Positions 12,332 to 22,524 are shown, counted from the stretch's first letter. The stretch is 24,453 nucleotides of DNA from Candidatus Zixiibacteriota bacterium (GCA_041742355.1 JBGSIV010000003.1:1-24453), one strand, 5' to 3'. Notes: generated by a model from the sequence alone, not told the origin. Numbers and translations: made by a program.

Positions 12332-14620
12332 ATGAACTTCGAACTGGTGCAAATAGTCCTCTACCTCCTGACAGGCGGATTCCTCGTCTTCCTGGCGATC
12401 ACCGTCGTGCGCGACAATATCGCCAACCGCCTCAATCGGGTCACCAGCGCCATGCTCTTTTTCGCCGGCCTCGGGCCCCTCTTCATGGCCCTCGCCGCCA
12501 TTGTCCGCCTCTCGCCCGACAGCTCGCTCGGCTTCGAGGAATCCACCCTCTACCACCTGCGCCATTCGTGGGAGTTCTTCTTCCCCCTCCTCCTGCTTTT
12601 CTCGTGGATCTTCCCCGAAGACCGCCTGCGCGAGTTCCGCCACGACCGCCTAAAGTATGTCATTTTCGTCCCGACTTTCCTCCACCTGGCGCTCGTGCTC
12701 TTCTATAACCAGCTTGTCAATTTCCTGAGCCTGCTCCAGATCGAACCCGGCGACCGAGGCTTCGTCAGCATCATCCTCACGCCGATCGCCAAGCTCTTCT
12801 CGTTTATCCTCATGTCGATCGGCGCTATCCGCACCTACGACGAGCAGATCTTCGGCTTCCTGAACCTCATCTATATCGTGGTCGCGATCTATTTCCTCGA
12901 GGTCGGGCGGCGCATGGTCACCAATCCGCGCCTGCTCACCCAGACCCGCGTCCTCTTCCGCGGCATCCGGATCGGGCTGGCCCCGTGGGCGATCGCGTTC
13001 CTCGGCGGCCTCCTCTGGGCGAGAGTCTTCACTCCCGAGCTCCAGAGCATCCTCATGATCGCCGGCGCGCTCCTCGGCTGCGCCTTCCTCAGCTACGCCA
13101 CCATCCGCTACCAGTTCCTCGATGTCCAGGTGCGCTTCCGCCAGTCCTTCGTCTACACCATCACCTCCGGCCTCCTGGTCGGGCTGTATATCCTGCTGGT
13201 CGTGGAATCCCGGTCGTTCCTGACCCCCGTGTTCGGCGCGCAGGCCCAGGTCGTGAGCTACGCCTTCATCATCGTGATCCTGCTCCTCTTCCAGCCGGTC
13301 AACAACGCGATCGACAACGTCATTCGCTCCCTCTTCATTCGCACCCGCACCGATCACCGGAACATCATCGAACGGTTTTCCCGACAGGTCATTTCGCTGT
13401 TCGAGCCGATGAAACTCCGGCAGATTATCGAAGATACGCTCAAAACCGCGCTCCTCGTCGAGCGCGTCTACTTCGTCCTCTACGACGACGAGGTCGGCGA
13501 GTACACCCTTGCCCGCAGCCAGGATCAGCCCCGCCGCATCATCCTCGACCGTGACGACCTCCTCCTGCGCGGCATCAACCTGCTGGAAACCCCCACCCTC
13601 CTGCAGACCCTCGGCGACTATCTCCAGGGTTCCCAGGTCGCCGCCCTCCTGCAGGAACGGCAGGTCAAACTCGTCCTGCCGATGAAAGACGCCAAGCACA
13701 TGCTCGGCTTTTTAGCTCTGACCGACAAGGTCGCCGGCTATCGGTATTCGTCCGATGATATTAATCTCCTCGGCGTGTTATCCAACCAGATGGTCACAGC
13801 GCTGACCAACGCCCGCCTCTATGCCGACTCCCTCGAACGCATGCGCCTCGAGGAGGAAGTCAGCCTCGCGCGGCAGATTCAGCTCGACCTGCTCCCCGCT
13901 CAACCGCCGAGCCTCGCCCTCTGCGAGATCGCTGTTCACTCCACCCCCTCGCGCACTGTCGGAGGCGACTTCTACGACTTCATTCAGAAGGAAGATCACC
14001 GCATCGGCCTGGTTATCGCCGACGCCTCCGGCAAGGGTATGCCCGCCGCCCTTATGATCACGCAGATCCAGGCCATCATCCGCAGCGAGGTCAACAACGG
14101 CAACCTCATCGGCGACATCATGACCCACCTGAACAACCAGGTCGTCGCCGCGACCTCATCGGAGAAGTACGTGACTCTCTTCTACGGCGAGCTCGACACT
14201 CGCAGCGGCGATTTCGAGTACTGCAACGCCGGCCACAACTACCCTGTCCTCGTCCGCGCCGACAGTTCGATCGAACTCCTCGATGAAGGCGGTCCGATCA
14301 TCGGCGCCTTCGCCGGCATGCCCTACAAGTCGGCCACGATCAAGGTCGGCCCCGACGACGTCCTGTTCCTGTTCACCGACGGGCTCTCGGAAGCCATGGA
14401 CGACGACGGCAAGGAGTACGGCGAGGAGCGCATTCGCCGGTTTGTCCAGACCCACCGCGGCAAAGATGCCGCCACCATCATGCAGGCGATTCTCGACGAT
14501 GTCCGCACCCACGATGCAACTTTCCCGCCGCGCGATGATACAACCATTATTACGATGAAGTGTAACACGCACCTGAAAGCGGAGGCCACGGCGGATTCCC
14601 ATGAACGACAAGTATCGTGA
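12332..14620 (+). CDS. Membrane-bound SpoIIE/RsbU-type PP2C phosphatase with multi-TM sensor and GAF domain
   Basis: About ten hydrophobic segments in the N-terminal 330 aa, then a GAF-like region (LVLPM..LGFLAL..YSSDDINLL..NARLY) and PP2C motifs VGGDFYD, IADASGKG, CNAGH, FTDGLSE and DDTT. ATG 12332 follows GAGGGG. Confidence 0.9.
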   Translation: MNFELVQIVLYLLTGGFLVFLAITVVRDNIANRLNRVTSAMLFFAGLGPLFMALAAIVRLSPDSSLGFEESTLYHLRHSWEFFFPLLLLFSWIFPEDRLREFRHDRLKYVIFVPTFLHLALVLFYNQLVNFLSLLQIEPGDRGFVSIILTPIAKLFSFILMSIGAIRTYDEQIFGFLNLIYIVVAIYFLEVGRRMVTNPRLLTQTRVLFRGIRIGLAPWAIAFLGGLLWARVFTPELQSILMIAGALLGCAFLSYATIRYQFLDVQVRFRQSFVYTITSGLLVGLYILLVVESRSFLTPVFGAQAQVVSYAFIIVILLLFQPVNNAIDNVIRSLFIRTRTDHRNIIERFSRQVISLFEPMKLRQIIEDTLKTALLVERVYFVLYDDEVGEYTLARSQDQPRRIILDRDDLLLRGINLLETPTLLQTLGDYLQGSQVAALLQERQVKLVLPMKDAKHMLGFLALTDKVAGYRYSSDDINLLGVLSNQMVTALTNARLYADSLERMRLEEEVSLARQIQLDLLPAQPPSLALCEIAVHSTPSRTVGGDFYDFIQKEDHRIGLVIADASGKGMPAALMITQIQAIIRSEVNNGNLIGDIMTHLNNQVVAATSSEKYVTLFYGELDTRSGDFEYCNAGHNYPVLVRADSSIELLDEGGPIIGAFAGMPYKSATIKVGPDDVLFLFTDGLSEAMDDDGKEYGEERIRRFVQTHRGKDAATIMQAILDDVRTHDATFPPRDDTTIITMKCNTHLKAEATADSHERQVS

Positions 14621-15170
14621 TTTCGATCCCGACCGATTGATGGACCTGAAAAACGCCTTCTGCGGGTACACCTTCTGCCCCCGCTGCGGCAACCGCCTCT
14701 CCCCTCGGCATGTCGACGGCGTCACGCGCATGGCCTGTGACAACACCGACTGCAATTTCATCTTCTACCAGAACCCCATCCCCGCCGCCGGCTGCATCAT
14801 TGTCGAGGACGACGCCGTCCTCCTCGTCAAACGCGCCCATCCGCCCAAAATCGGCTGGTGGTGTTTCCCCGCCGGATTCATGGAGTGGGGCGAACACCCC
14901 ACCGACACCGCCATCCGCGAGGTCCGTGAAGAGACCGGGCTCGAGGTCAGACTGAACGGCTTCTTCGAAGTCTACTCCGGAACCGATGACCCCCGCGTCA
15001 ACGCCATCCTCCTGCTGTATCTCGCCGAACGCACTGGAGGTGAACTCAACCCCGGCGACGACGCCGAAGAGGTCCGCTACTTCGCCTTCGACAATCTCCC
15101 CGATTCCATCGCGTTCGAGTCGCACCACCAGGCCCTCGCCGATTACCAACAGCGTATCCGGCGGAGGTGA
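14601..15170 (+). CDS. NUDIX hydrolase with N-terminal zinc ribbon (ADP-ribose pyrophosphatase-like)
   Basis: FCPRCG...C..C..IFYQNP zinc ribbon and Nudix box GFMEWGEHPTDTAIREVREETGL. Start may instead be ATG 14640. Confidence 0.9.
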   Translation: MNDKYRDFDPDRLMDLKNAFCGYTFCPRCGNRLSPRHVDGVTRMACDNTDCNFIFYQNPIPAAGCIIVEDDAVLLVKRAHPPKIGWWCFPAGFMEWGEHPTDTAIREVREETGLEVRLNGFFEVYSGTDDPRVNAILLLYLAERTGGELNPGDDAEEVRYFAFDNLPDSIAFESHHQALADYQQRIRRR

Positions 15171-15173
15171 CCC

Positions 15174-16622
15174 ATGGAGTCCCCCTTCGGATCACGCCTC
15201 TTCCGGCTCTTTCTGCTCTTCGCCCTGATTCCGTCACTACTGCTGATTCTCCTCGGCTACTACCTCGCCGTTCAACCCGGCCTGAATGATACAGACGCCA
15301 CCCGCGATATCGTCCCCGCCCTCAACGATTACTACAGTGCCCGGCTCGACAGCGCCACGGTCGCCACGCTCGCCGTGCAGATCGACACCATCCTGCCTCC
15401 CAACCTCGATTTCCTGTTGGTCTTCGTCGGCGACTCGCTGCGCTACTCGTCTTTCCCGCCGGATTCCCTCGCGGGCGTCCAAAGCCAGCTGGTCCGCTGC
15501 ATCGACGCCAACCGCCACTCGGGCGGCGTCACGGTCGGAGACCGCCTCTACCAGTTCGCCGGCTATTCCCGGGGCGACAGCCTTTTCGTCGGCGGAATCG
15601 CCCATACACCCGGGCTCTCGCATATCCTCATGGCTTATCAGCAAACGCACGCCGCCGCCGCGACGGAAAAGGGACTGCGCACCCGCTATGCGGTCTTTCT
15701 CGCCCTCGTCTTCGGCGTCGTCGCGCTCGTCGCGCTTGGCCTCGCCTATGCGCTCTCACGGCGCCTCGCCCGGCATCTCTCGCAACCCCTGACCCAGCTA
15801 AGCGAGGCCACCGGTCGCATCGCCGCCGGTGAATACGGCCAGACCGTTCCCCCGCAGGGTGTCGGCGAGATCCGCAACCTCATCGAGAACTTCAACCGCA
15901 TGACCGGGCAACTCCAGTCGACCACCGCTCGACTCGTACAAACCGAACGCATCGCCGCGTGGCGCGAAGTCGCCCGCCGCTTCGCTCATGAACTGAAGAA
16001 CCCCCTCCAGCCCATCGCCGTCTCCCTCTACCAGATCCGGCAGAAACTGACTGGCACGCCCGCGTATGATTCCGTCGCCGAGCCCCTCGAGGCGGTCACC
16101 GAGGAAGTCCGTCACCTCACCGACCTGGCCCAACGATTCTCCAATCTGGCCAAAATGCCCGAAGCCAAACTCGAGCGGCACGATCTAACGGCCGTGATCT
16201 CCTCAATCATCGAACTGTACCGCGAGAAGATGGCCCCCTATGAATTCTGCACCGAGACGCCCGTGCATCCGGTCATGGTCCGGCTGGATATCACCTACTT
16301 CCGTGAAGCGATCCACAACCTGCTGCAGAACTCCGTCGACGCCACCCCGCCCGGCAAACGCATCTCGCTCCGGCTTTACACCGACTATTCCTCTGCTTTC
16401 ATCGAGGTGGCCGACGAAGGCGAAGGCATGACCGACCACATGATCGACTCCCTCCCGATCGCGTACTTCTCTACCAAGCCGCACGGCACCGGGCTCGGCA
16501 TGACGATTGTCCACCAGGCAGTCGCGGAGCATCGAGGCTCGATCATGACGGCCTCGTCGAAAAAGGCCGGCACCACCATTACTATCCGCCTGCCTCTCGA
16601 TAAGGGAGCAGCCGATGCCTGA
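15174..16622 (+). CDS. HAMP-domain sensor histidine kinase (NtrY-like, no PAS)
   Basis: Two TM helices around a periplasmic domain, HAMP (PL..L......IA.G..GEI..L...FN.M), H box AWREVARRFAHELKNPL, N box NLLQNS, DEGEG and GTGLG. Confidence 0.92.
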   Translation: MESPFGSRLFRLFLLFALIPSLLLILLGYYLAVQPGLNDTDATRDIVPALNDYYSARLDSATVATLAVQIDTILPPNLDFLLVFVGDSLRYSSFPPDSLAGVQSQLVRCIDANRHSGGVTVGDRLYQFAGYSRGDSLFVGGIAHTPGLSHILMAYQQTHAAAATEKGLRTRYAVFLALVFGVVALVALGLAYALSRRLARHLSQPLTQLSEATGRIAAGEYGQTVPPQGVGEIRNLIENFNRMTGQLQSTTARLVQTERIAAWREVARRFAHELKNPLQPIAVSLYQIRQKLTGTPAYDSVAEPLEAVTEEVRHLTDLAQRFSNLAKMPEAKLERHDLTAVISSIIELYREKMAPYEFCTETPVHPVMVRLDITYFREAIHNLLQNSVDATPPGKRISLRLYTDYSSAFIEVADEGEGMTDHMIDSLPIAYFSTKPHGTGLGMTIVHQAVAEHRGSIMTASSKKAGTTITIRLPLDKGAADA

Positions 16623-17934
16623 GCGTATTCTCATCATCGATGACGAGCCGAGCATCACCCGCGCTTTCTCCTCGCTCCTCTCCGGCGAAGGCTACCAGAC
16701 GGCCTGCGCTCCGTCAGCCGACAGCGCGGAGAAAATACTCCCGACCGCCCGTTTCGATCTGATCCTGCTCGACCTCAACCTTCCCGGCACCCCCGGTATC
16801 GAATTCCTCCGCCGCCTTCACCGCGACTCCACCACCGCCGCGGTGCTGGTAATCTCCGGCCAGTCCGATATCGGCATCGCCCTCGAGGCGGTCAAACTTG
16901 GCGCCCTCGACTACCTGGAGAAACCGGTGCCTCCCGAGAAGCTCCTCACCGCCGTACGCTCCGCTCTCCTGCTCTCGGCCGCGGAGCGCCAGCGCGCGCT
17001 CCTGCTCGACGAAATCGAGCGCACCTCCCCCATCATCGGCGAATCGGCCGCAACCAAACGCCTCCTGCACACCATCGACCAGGCCGCCGCCACCGATGTC
17101 ACGGTTCTCTTCACCGGCGAAAACGGCACGGGCAAGGAGCTCGCCGCGACTCGGCTCTACCTCGCCTCCAACCGCCGTCACATGCCGTTCGTCAAAGTCA
17201 ACTGCCCCGGCATCCCCGCCACGCTCTTTGAATCGGAGCTCTTCGGCCACATGAAAGGCGCCTTCACCGGCGCGGTGAAAGACTATCCCGGCAAGTTCGC
17301 GCTCGCCGACCACGGCACCCTCTTCCTCGATGAAGTCGGTGACCTCCCGCTCGAGTGCCAGGCCAAACTCCTGCGTGTCCTTGAAACCGGCGAGCTCGAA
17401 CGCCTCGGTTCGGTCGATTGTACCACCGTCGATGTCCGCATTGTCGCCGCCAGCAACCGTAACCTCCCCGACCTCTGCGCCCAGGGAAGATTCCGCGAGG
17501 ATCTCTACTACCGCCTCAGTGTGTTCACCATCGAACTCCCCCCGCTGCGGGAACGGCGCGACGATATCCCCCTGCTCGTCGGCGAGTTCCTCCGCCGCTT
17601 TGATCCGTCGGGTCGCACGAATATCTCCCCGGCGGCTCTTGCGGCGCTCGTTTCCCTGGACTACCCCGGCAACATCCGCCAGCTCAAGAACACGATCGAA
17701 CGCCTCACCATCCTGTGCGCCGGACGCACCATTGAACCGACTGATGTCGCTCCCCAGCCGCACGCTGCCACAGATTCCTCACAATCCCTCGCCGAACGCC
17801 TCGTTGCCTGCGAACGAGAGATCATCCGCGCCGCCCTCGCCCAATGCGACGGAAACATTTCCGCCGCCGCCCGCCTCCTGCAGACTGATCGCGCCAATTT
17901 GTCGCGCCGCATCAAAGATCTCGGCCTCCGCTGA
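16615..17934 (+). CDS. sigma54-dependent response regulator (REC-AAA+-Fis HTH, NtrC/NtrX-like)
   Basis: REC (IIDDE, LLDLNLPG, KP), Walker A GENGTGKE, ESELFGH..GAFTGA, LFLDEVG, FREDLYYRL, PGNIRQL and a Fis-type HTH. Confidence 0.95.
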   Translation: MPERILIIDDEPSITRAFSSLLSGEGYQTACAPSADSAEKILPTARFDLILLDLNLPGTPGIEFLRRLHRDSTTAAVLVISGQSDIGIALEAVKLGALDYLEKPVPPEKLLTAVRSALLLSAAERQRALLLDEIERTSPIIGESAATKRLLHTIDQAAATDVTVLFTGENGTGKELAATRLYLASNRRHMPFVKVNCPGIPATLFESELFGHMKGAFTGAVKDYPGKFALADHGTLFLDEVGDLPLECQAKLLRVLETGELERLGSVDCTTVDVRIVAASNRNLPDLCAQGRFREDLYYRLSVFTIELPPLRERRDDIPLLVGEFLRRFDPSGRTNISPAALAALVSLDYPGNIRQLKNTIERLTILCAGRTIEPTDVAPQPHAATDSSQSLAERLVACEREIIRAALAQCDGNISAAARLLQTDRANLSRRIKDLGLR

Positions 17935-18110
17935 TACTTCGATATCTTGTCATCTCTGAGAGCGCGTCCTGTCATTGCGAAAAGCGTGTGACCCTGGGGC
18001 ACCGTGGGCGGCAGACGTCCTTGTCCACCGCGAAGCCGCCCAACTTCTGTGCACCCCTGTGTGATTCGGCCACACCGACCGCCCTTCCTGCCGTACAATC
18101 GAATGTGAAT

Positions 18111-18142
18111 TAACAGCTTGATATTGTGGCACAGAATTTGTT
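18111..18142 (+). promoter_or_regulatory. sigma54 (-24/-12) promoter with adjacent IHF site
   Basis: TGGCAC-AGAAT-TTGTT at 18127-18142 (canonical -24 GG; -12 reads GT instead of GC). Reverse strand TATCAAGCTGTTA at 18111-18123 matches the IHF consensus WATCAANNNNTTR. Confidence 0.6.
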
Positions 18143-18169
18143 TTATGCGGCGAGAAAACGGAGGAATGT

Positions 18170-19939
18170 ATGCGCAGATTGATCCTGATCCTGACCATCA
18201 TGCTCGCGGCGCTGACCGCCGCCCCCCTCGCCCAGACCGACCAACCGACACCCTATAAGGAATACCAGTCGACCACCACGCCGATGGAACCCCTCTTCAC
18301 GGTCGCCTTCACCCGGAATGACGTGGCCGTCACCCTGTGGATCGACAGCACCGCATACACCGCCGTCGCCGGCCACGACGATGTCAAGATCAACCCCGAG
18401 AAAGTCATCGTCGAGCGCGGACGGGTCTGGTTCGATGACGAGGGCCTCCACTACCAGGATCAGCAGTTCCCCGAGGGCTACACCATTCCCTACACCCTCA
18501 TCGCCGACACCCGTATCGACGACAACGCCGACACCGTGGTGGTCAACTTCCTCACCATCCGCGGCGACATGGATCGCCTCGGACGGCTCCGCCGCGGCAA
18601 CGAAATCACCTTTGACGATCCCATCACGATCGAGAGCAAGCAGTTTATCCGCGGTCTTGTCATGTCCGTCGCGGGCAAGGTCGAAGTATATGGCGAGGTC
18701 AACAAGGACGTCATTTCGCTCTTCGGCGACATCTACATCGGCCCCGGCGCCACCGCCCGCGGCGACCTCGCTTCGGTCACCGGCCGGATCGAGCTCTCCG
18801 ATGGCGCCTCCGTTTACGGCGAGCTCTTCTCCGGCTCCGAATACTTCGGCCACCGTCGTCCCCGGTTCTACCGCGAGGAGAACTTTGACCTCACAACCCG
18901 CTTCGTTTACAACCGCGTCGACGGCGCCACGCCCTACCTCGGCCTCAAGTTTCAGGACCCCGACTCGGTCCTCCCGTCGGCCTGGGTGAACGCCGGCTAC
19001 GCCTTTGCATCCTCCCGCTGGCGTCTGGAACTCGGGGTCGAACAACCCCTTTACCGCACCATTCCGCTCGCCCTTGGAGGATCGTACTACCGCCGTCTTG
19101 CCTCCGAGGACGACTGGATCATCACCGATGACGAGAATTCGATCTTCACCCTCCTTGTCACCGAGGACTATAAGGATTACTGGGAGGCCGAAGGCGCCAC
19201 GCTGTGGCTCAACAGCCGCCCCCTGGCCAACCTGCGCCTGACCGCGGCTTACCGCTATGAAGAAACCAACTGGCGCCGCGCCTACCGCCAGCTCTGGTCC
19301 CTGATCGGCGGCGACGATCTGTTCCGCCGCAACTACAGCTTCATTCCCGAACCGCTCCGCGACGCCAACATCGCCGAGATCGACACCTCCACCAACGGCA
19401 GCCTCAACTTCTCGGCCGACTACGATACCCGCAACGAGGAAGAACCGTTTGCCTATCCCGGCTGGCGCATCACCGCGGATCTCGAGTGGTCCCACCCCGA
19501 CTTCAGCTCCGACTTCGACTACCGGCGCTACCTGATCCAGGTCCGGCGCCACCAGCCGCTGCACGAACACGCGTGCGTCCTCCTGCGCGCCGCGTTCGGC
19601 AACTCCGACGGCTACCTGCCGCTCTACAAGCGCTTCGGCTTCGGCGGCCTCGGCACGGTCGAGGGCTACAAATTCAAGGAGTATTTCGGCACCCGCTTCT
19701 GGTTCGCCAACGCCGAGTACCGCTTCGAATTTCCCAAAACCGATCTCGCCGCCTCCGTGTTCTGGGATGTCGGCCAGATCGCCAACGAAACCCGGCTCGA
19801 CAGCGATATCGACGTCAAGAACTCCATCGGCGCCGCTGTCATGATCGGCAACGATATTCGCATCAGCCTCGCCAAACGGCTCGACCGCTCGGAGGACGCC
19901 GACCCGCGCTTCCTCGTCCGGTTCAACTACGACTTCTGA
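18170..19939 (+). CDS. Outer-membrane Omp85/BamA-TamA-like beta-barrel protein with bactofilin-like (polymer-forming) periplasmic domain
   Basis: Signal peptide, G/V/I-rich repeat segment (nt ~18596-18823), YNRVDG barrel-start motif, alternating aromatic strands, GGLGTVEGY loop, NAEYRF, FWDVG and C-terminal beta-signal VRFNYDF. Confidence 0.8.
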   Translation: MRRLILILTIMLAALTAAPLAQTDQPTPYKEYQSTTTPMEPLFTVAFTRNDVAVTLWIDSTAYTAVAGHDDVKINPEKVIVERGRVWFDDEGLHYQDQQFPEGYTIPYTLIADTRIDDNADTVVVNFLTIRGDMDRLGRLRRGNEITFDDPITIESKQFIRGLVMSVAGKVEVYGEVNKDVISLFGDIYIGPGATARGDLASVTGRIELSDGASVYGELFSGSEYFGHRRPRFYREENFDLTTRFVYNRVDGATPYLGLKFQDPDSVLPSAWVNAGYAFASSRWRLELGVEQPLYRTIPLALGGSYYRRLASEDDWIITDDENSIFTLLVTEDYKDYWEAEGATLWLNSRPLANLRLTAAYRYEETNWRRAYRQLWSLIGGDDLFRRNYSFIPEPLRDANIAEIDTSTNGSLNFSADYDTRNEEEPFAYPGWRITADLEWSHPDFSSDFDYRRYLIQVRRHQPLHEHACVLLRAAFGNSDGYLPLYKRFGFGGLGTVEGYKFKEYFGTRFWFANAEYRFEFPKTDLAASVFWDVGQIANETRLDSDIDVKNSIGAAVMIGNDIRISLAKRLDRSEDADPRFLVRFNYDF

Positions 19940-20586
19940 TGAGGCTCTTCGCGCCCAGAGATCCCCGGCGGCCGGCCCTCCTGGTGCTGGCCGCCCTCCT
20001 TATATGCCTTCCGGTGTATGCCCAGGATCCCCCCGACAATGTCGAGTACGATCTCATCCGCCACCACGACTCCCTCACCGCCTGGCTCAACCTCGCGCGA
20101 TATTTCGGCGACCCCGAACTGCAGGCCCTCTCCGACGGCATCGGGTTCGCCTGCCGGATCGACCTCGCCCTCAGCCACCCCCGGAAGCTCTGGGGATCAA
20201 CCCCCGTCGCCACCGCCTCCCGTGAGTTTCTCGTCTCCTACAACCTGCCCGCCCGGAGCTATCGCCTGACACTCCCCGACACTACCCAGCCCGACCACCT
20301 CTTTCAGTTGCCCGATGATCTGCTGACATACCTCGCCGATTCTATCCTCATTCCCATCTGCCCGATTGATTCCCTCCCTATCGGCCGGAACTACCGCCTC
20401 AGCCTCGACATCTCCCGTATCTCGTTGACCGGCATCAACCTCGCGGCCGACAACCAGTCTGACAACCCATCCGCCATCCGGCTCCTTTTCCGCGAATTCC
20501 TCCGTTTGACCGGCTACGGCCGTGACCAGTGGAAGACTACGTCGCGCACCTTCCGGCTCGCCGAAATCACCCCACGGCCCCATTGA
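19939..20586 (+). CDS. DUF4390-like exported protein
   Basis: True start ATG 19939 overlaps the upstream TGA. Signal peptide, then ELQALSDGI....IDLAL.HPRKLW...VA.......SYNL..RSYRL, the DUF4390 pattern; such genes often neighbour NtrY-like kinases. Confidence 0.65.
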   Translation: MRLFAPRDPRRPALLVLAALLICLPVYAQDPPDNVEYDLIRHHDSLTAWLNLARYFGDPELQALSDGIGFACRIDLALSHPRKLWGSTPVATASREFLVSYNLPARSYRLTLPDTTQPDHLFQLPDDLLTYLADSILIPICPIDSLPIGRNYRLSLDISRISLTGINLAADNQSDNPSAIRLLFREFLRLTGYGRDQWKTTSRTFRLAEITPRPH

Positions 20587-20736
20587 CCACCCGCGTGGTA
20601 TTCTTCTCTCCTGCCGGTATCTGACCCCCAGTCTTGGGGTTAATCCCCTGCCTGAATTACCGATATATAAACAGACATAACTTTGGTTGGAAAAACGTAC
20701 GCGCATGAACCAGGCCCGGAAGGAAAAACGGCGAAT

Positions 20737-22524
20737 ATGAATTACTCCGACGCAGACGCCAAGCAAACGCTGGGGGGAGCCGCCGCGCCCGTGGAACCAC
20801 TCGATGTCCTCGCGGCAATCGAGGCTACCCTCGACGAAGTCGCCGAGGCAAACCCACGCCTGGAGTCCGAGACTCCGCAGTCGACGCGGAGCGTCGATGA
20901 CCTCAAAGCGCTGCTCGAAGTCTCCATGGCCATCAACTCGTCGCTCGTCGCCGACGATGTCCTGCAGATAGTCATGCGCAAAGCTATCGAACTCATGCAG
21001 GCCGAGCGCGGACTCATCATGCTCCTCGATGAGAACAACCAGCTCCAGGTCCGCACCGCCTACAACCTCTGCAAAGAACAGATGATGGACGAAGACTTCA
21101 AAGTCTCCAACTCCGTCACCTCCAAAGTCGCCGACACGGGCAAGTCGATCTACACCTCCGACGCCCTGTCCGACGAACGCTACGCCAACCAGCGCTCGGT
21201 CGTCGAACTCCACCTGCGCTCCATCATGTGCGTTCCCCTCAAAGTCAAAGAGAAGGTCGTCGGCGTCATCTACCTGGACAATTCCAGCGAAAGCCGCATG
21301 TTCCTCAAGTCCGACCTGTACCTCTTCGAGCTCTATGCCCAGCTCGTGTCCAACGCGCTGCACAACGCCAACATCTACGACCGCCTCCTGAACCTCCAGC
21401 GCTACAACGAGTCGGTCATCGCCAAAGCCCCGATGGGCACGGTCGTGCTCGATGCCGACGGCCGTATCACCACGATCAACGCCGCCGCCCTCGAGATCTT
21501 CGACTTCAACCGCGAGAAAATCGCCCTCGTTGGCGAAGGCCCCGCGCCCACCCGCTTCCTGGACCTGCTCCAGGAAAGCGAAGTCCCCCGGTGGCAGCAC
21601 ATGATCGGCACCGCCCTGGCCACCCAGGAAGACTTCTCCGACTCACGCTACTTCCACAACACCGGCTACCTCGAGAAAGCCCTCTCCACCAAGATCTCCC
21701 CCATCTCGCAACTGCCCCACGGCAAGGATGGCGTCATCATGGCGGTCGAGGACATCACCGAGAAAGTCATCATGGAGAAGTACGTGATCCTCTCGGAAAA
21801 ACTGGTCGCCAAGGGGGAAATGGCCGCCTCTATCGCCCACGAACTGAACAACTACCTCGCTATCGCCTCCAACAACGCCGAACTTATGGCCCTCAATATC
21901 GATCGCGAAAAGTACGACAAGGTCAAGTTCAACGCCAAGGCGATCACCGAGAACGTCTTCAAGATCAAACGCTTCGTCGACAGCCTGATGGACTTCTCCA
22001 AACCGGAATCAGAGTTCATCAGCTACGACGTCAAACACCTGATCGAGGATCTTCTCTTCTCGCTGCGGGTCCAGCCCCGCTTCAAACGAACCCACTTCAC
22101 CATCGACCTCGATCCCCGCATCCCCAACCTCGAGATGGACGTCGGCCAGATCCAGCAGGTCCTCATGAACCTGCTCAACAACGCCGCCGACGCTATCGAG
22201 GAACGGGTCGTCCGCGAAAACCGCGGTACCGACTTCAAGCGCGAGATCACTATCCGCGCCGCCTACGAACAGGAACGTGAACGCATCCTCGTCTCCGTCG
22301 CCGACAACGGCACGGGCATGTCCGACGAAACGCGCAATAAGATCTTCACGCTCCACTTCACGACCAAGAAAGGCGGCCACGGACTCGGCCTGTCCAACTG
22401 CCGGAAGATCGTGCAGGCCCACAACGGCGACCTGCTCGTCGAATCGACCCCCGGCGAAGGCACCGAGTTCAAGGTGATCCTCCCCCGCTTCCAACCGGAG
22501 AAGCGCAAGAGCGACAAAAAATGA
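20737..22524 (+). CDS. Cytoplasmic GAF-PAS sensor histidine kinase
   Basis: GAF (AERGLIML..SDALSDERY..SV..LHLRSIMCVPL..VVGVIYLDN), PAS (VLDADGRITTINAAALEIF), H box IAHELNNYL, QQVLMNLLNNA, DNGTGM, FTTK and GHGLGL. ATG 20737 preferred over TTG 20683. Confidence 0.92.
   Translation: MNYSDADAKQTLGGAAAPVEPLDVLAAIEATLDEVAEANPRLESETPQSTRSVDDLKALLEVSMAINSSLVADDVLQIVMRKAIELMQAERGLIMLLDENNQLQVRTAYNLCKEQMMDEDFKVSNSVTSKVADTGKSIYTSDALSDERYANQRSVVELHLRSIMCVPLKVKEKVVGVIYLDNSSESRMFLKSDLYLFELYAQLVSNALHNANIYDRLLNLQRYNESVIAKAPMGTVVLDADGRITTINAAALEIFDFNREKIALVGEGPAPTRFLDLLQESEVPRWQHMIGTALATQEDFSDSRYFHNTGYLEKALSTKISPISQLPHGKDGVIMAVEDITEKVIMEKYVILSEKLVAKGEMAASIAHELNNYLAIASNNAELMALNIDREKYDKVKFNAKAITENVFKIKRFVDSLMDFSKPESEFISYDVKHLIEDLLFSLRVQPRFKRTHFTIDLDPRIPNLEMDVGQIQQVLMNLLNNAADAIEERVVRENRGTDFKREITIRAAYEQERERILVSVADNGTGMSDETRNKIFTLHFTTKKGGHGLGLSNCRKIVQAHNGDLLVESTPGEGTEFKVILPRFQPEKRKSDKK

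Noticed and set aside
18143..21600. Long minus-strand ORFs 18143-19570 and 20197-21600
   Set aside because: Antisense shadows of the barrel and histidine kinase genes, which have clear motifs on the plus strand.
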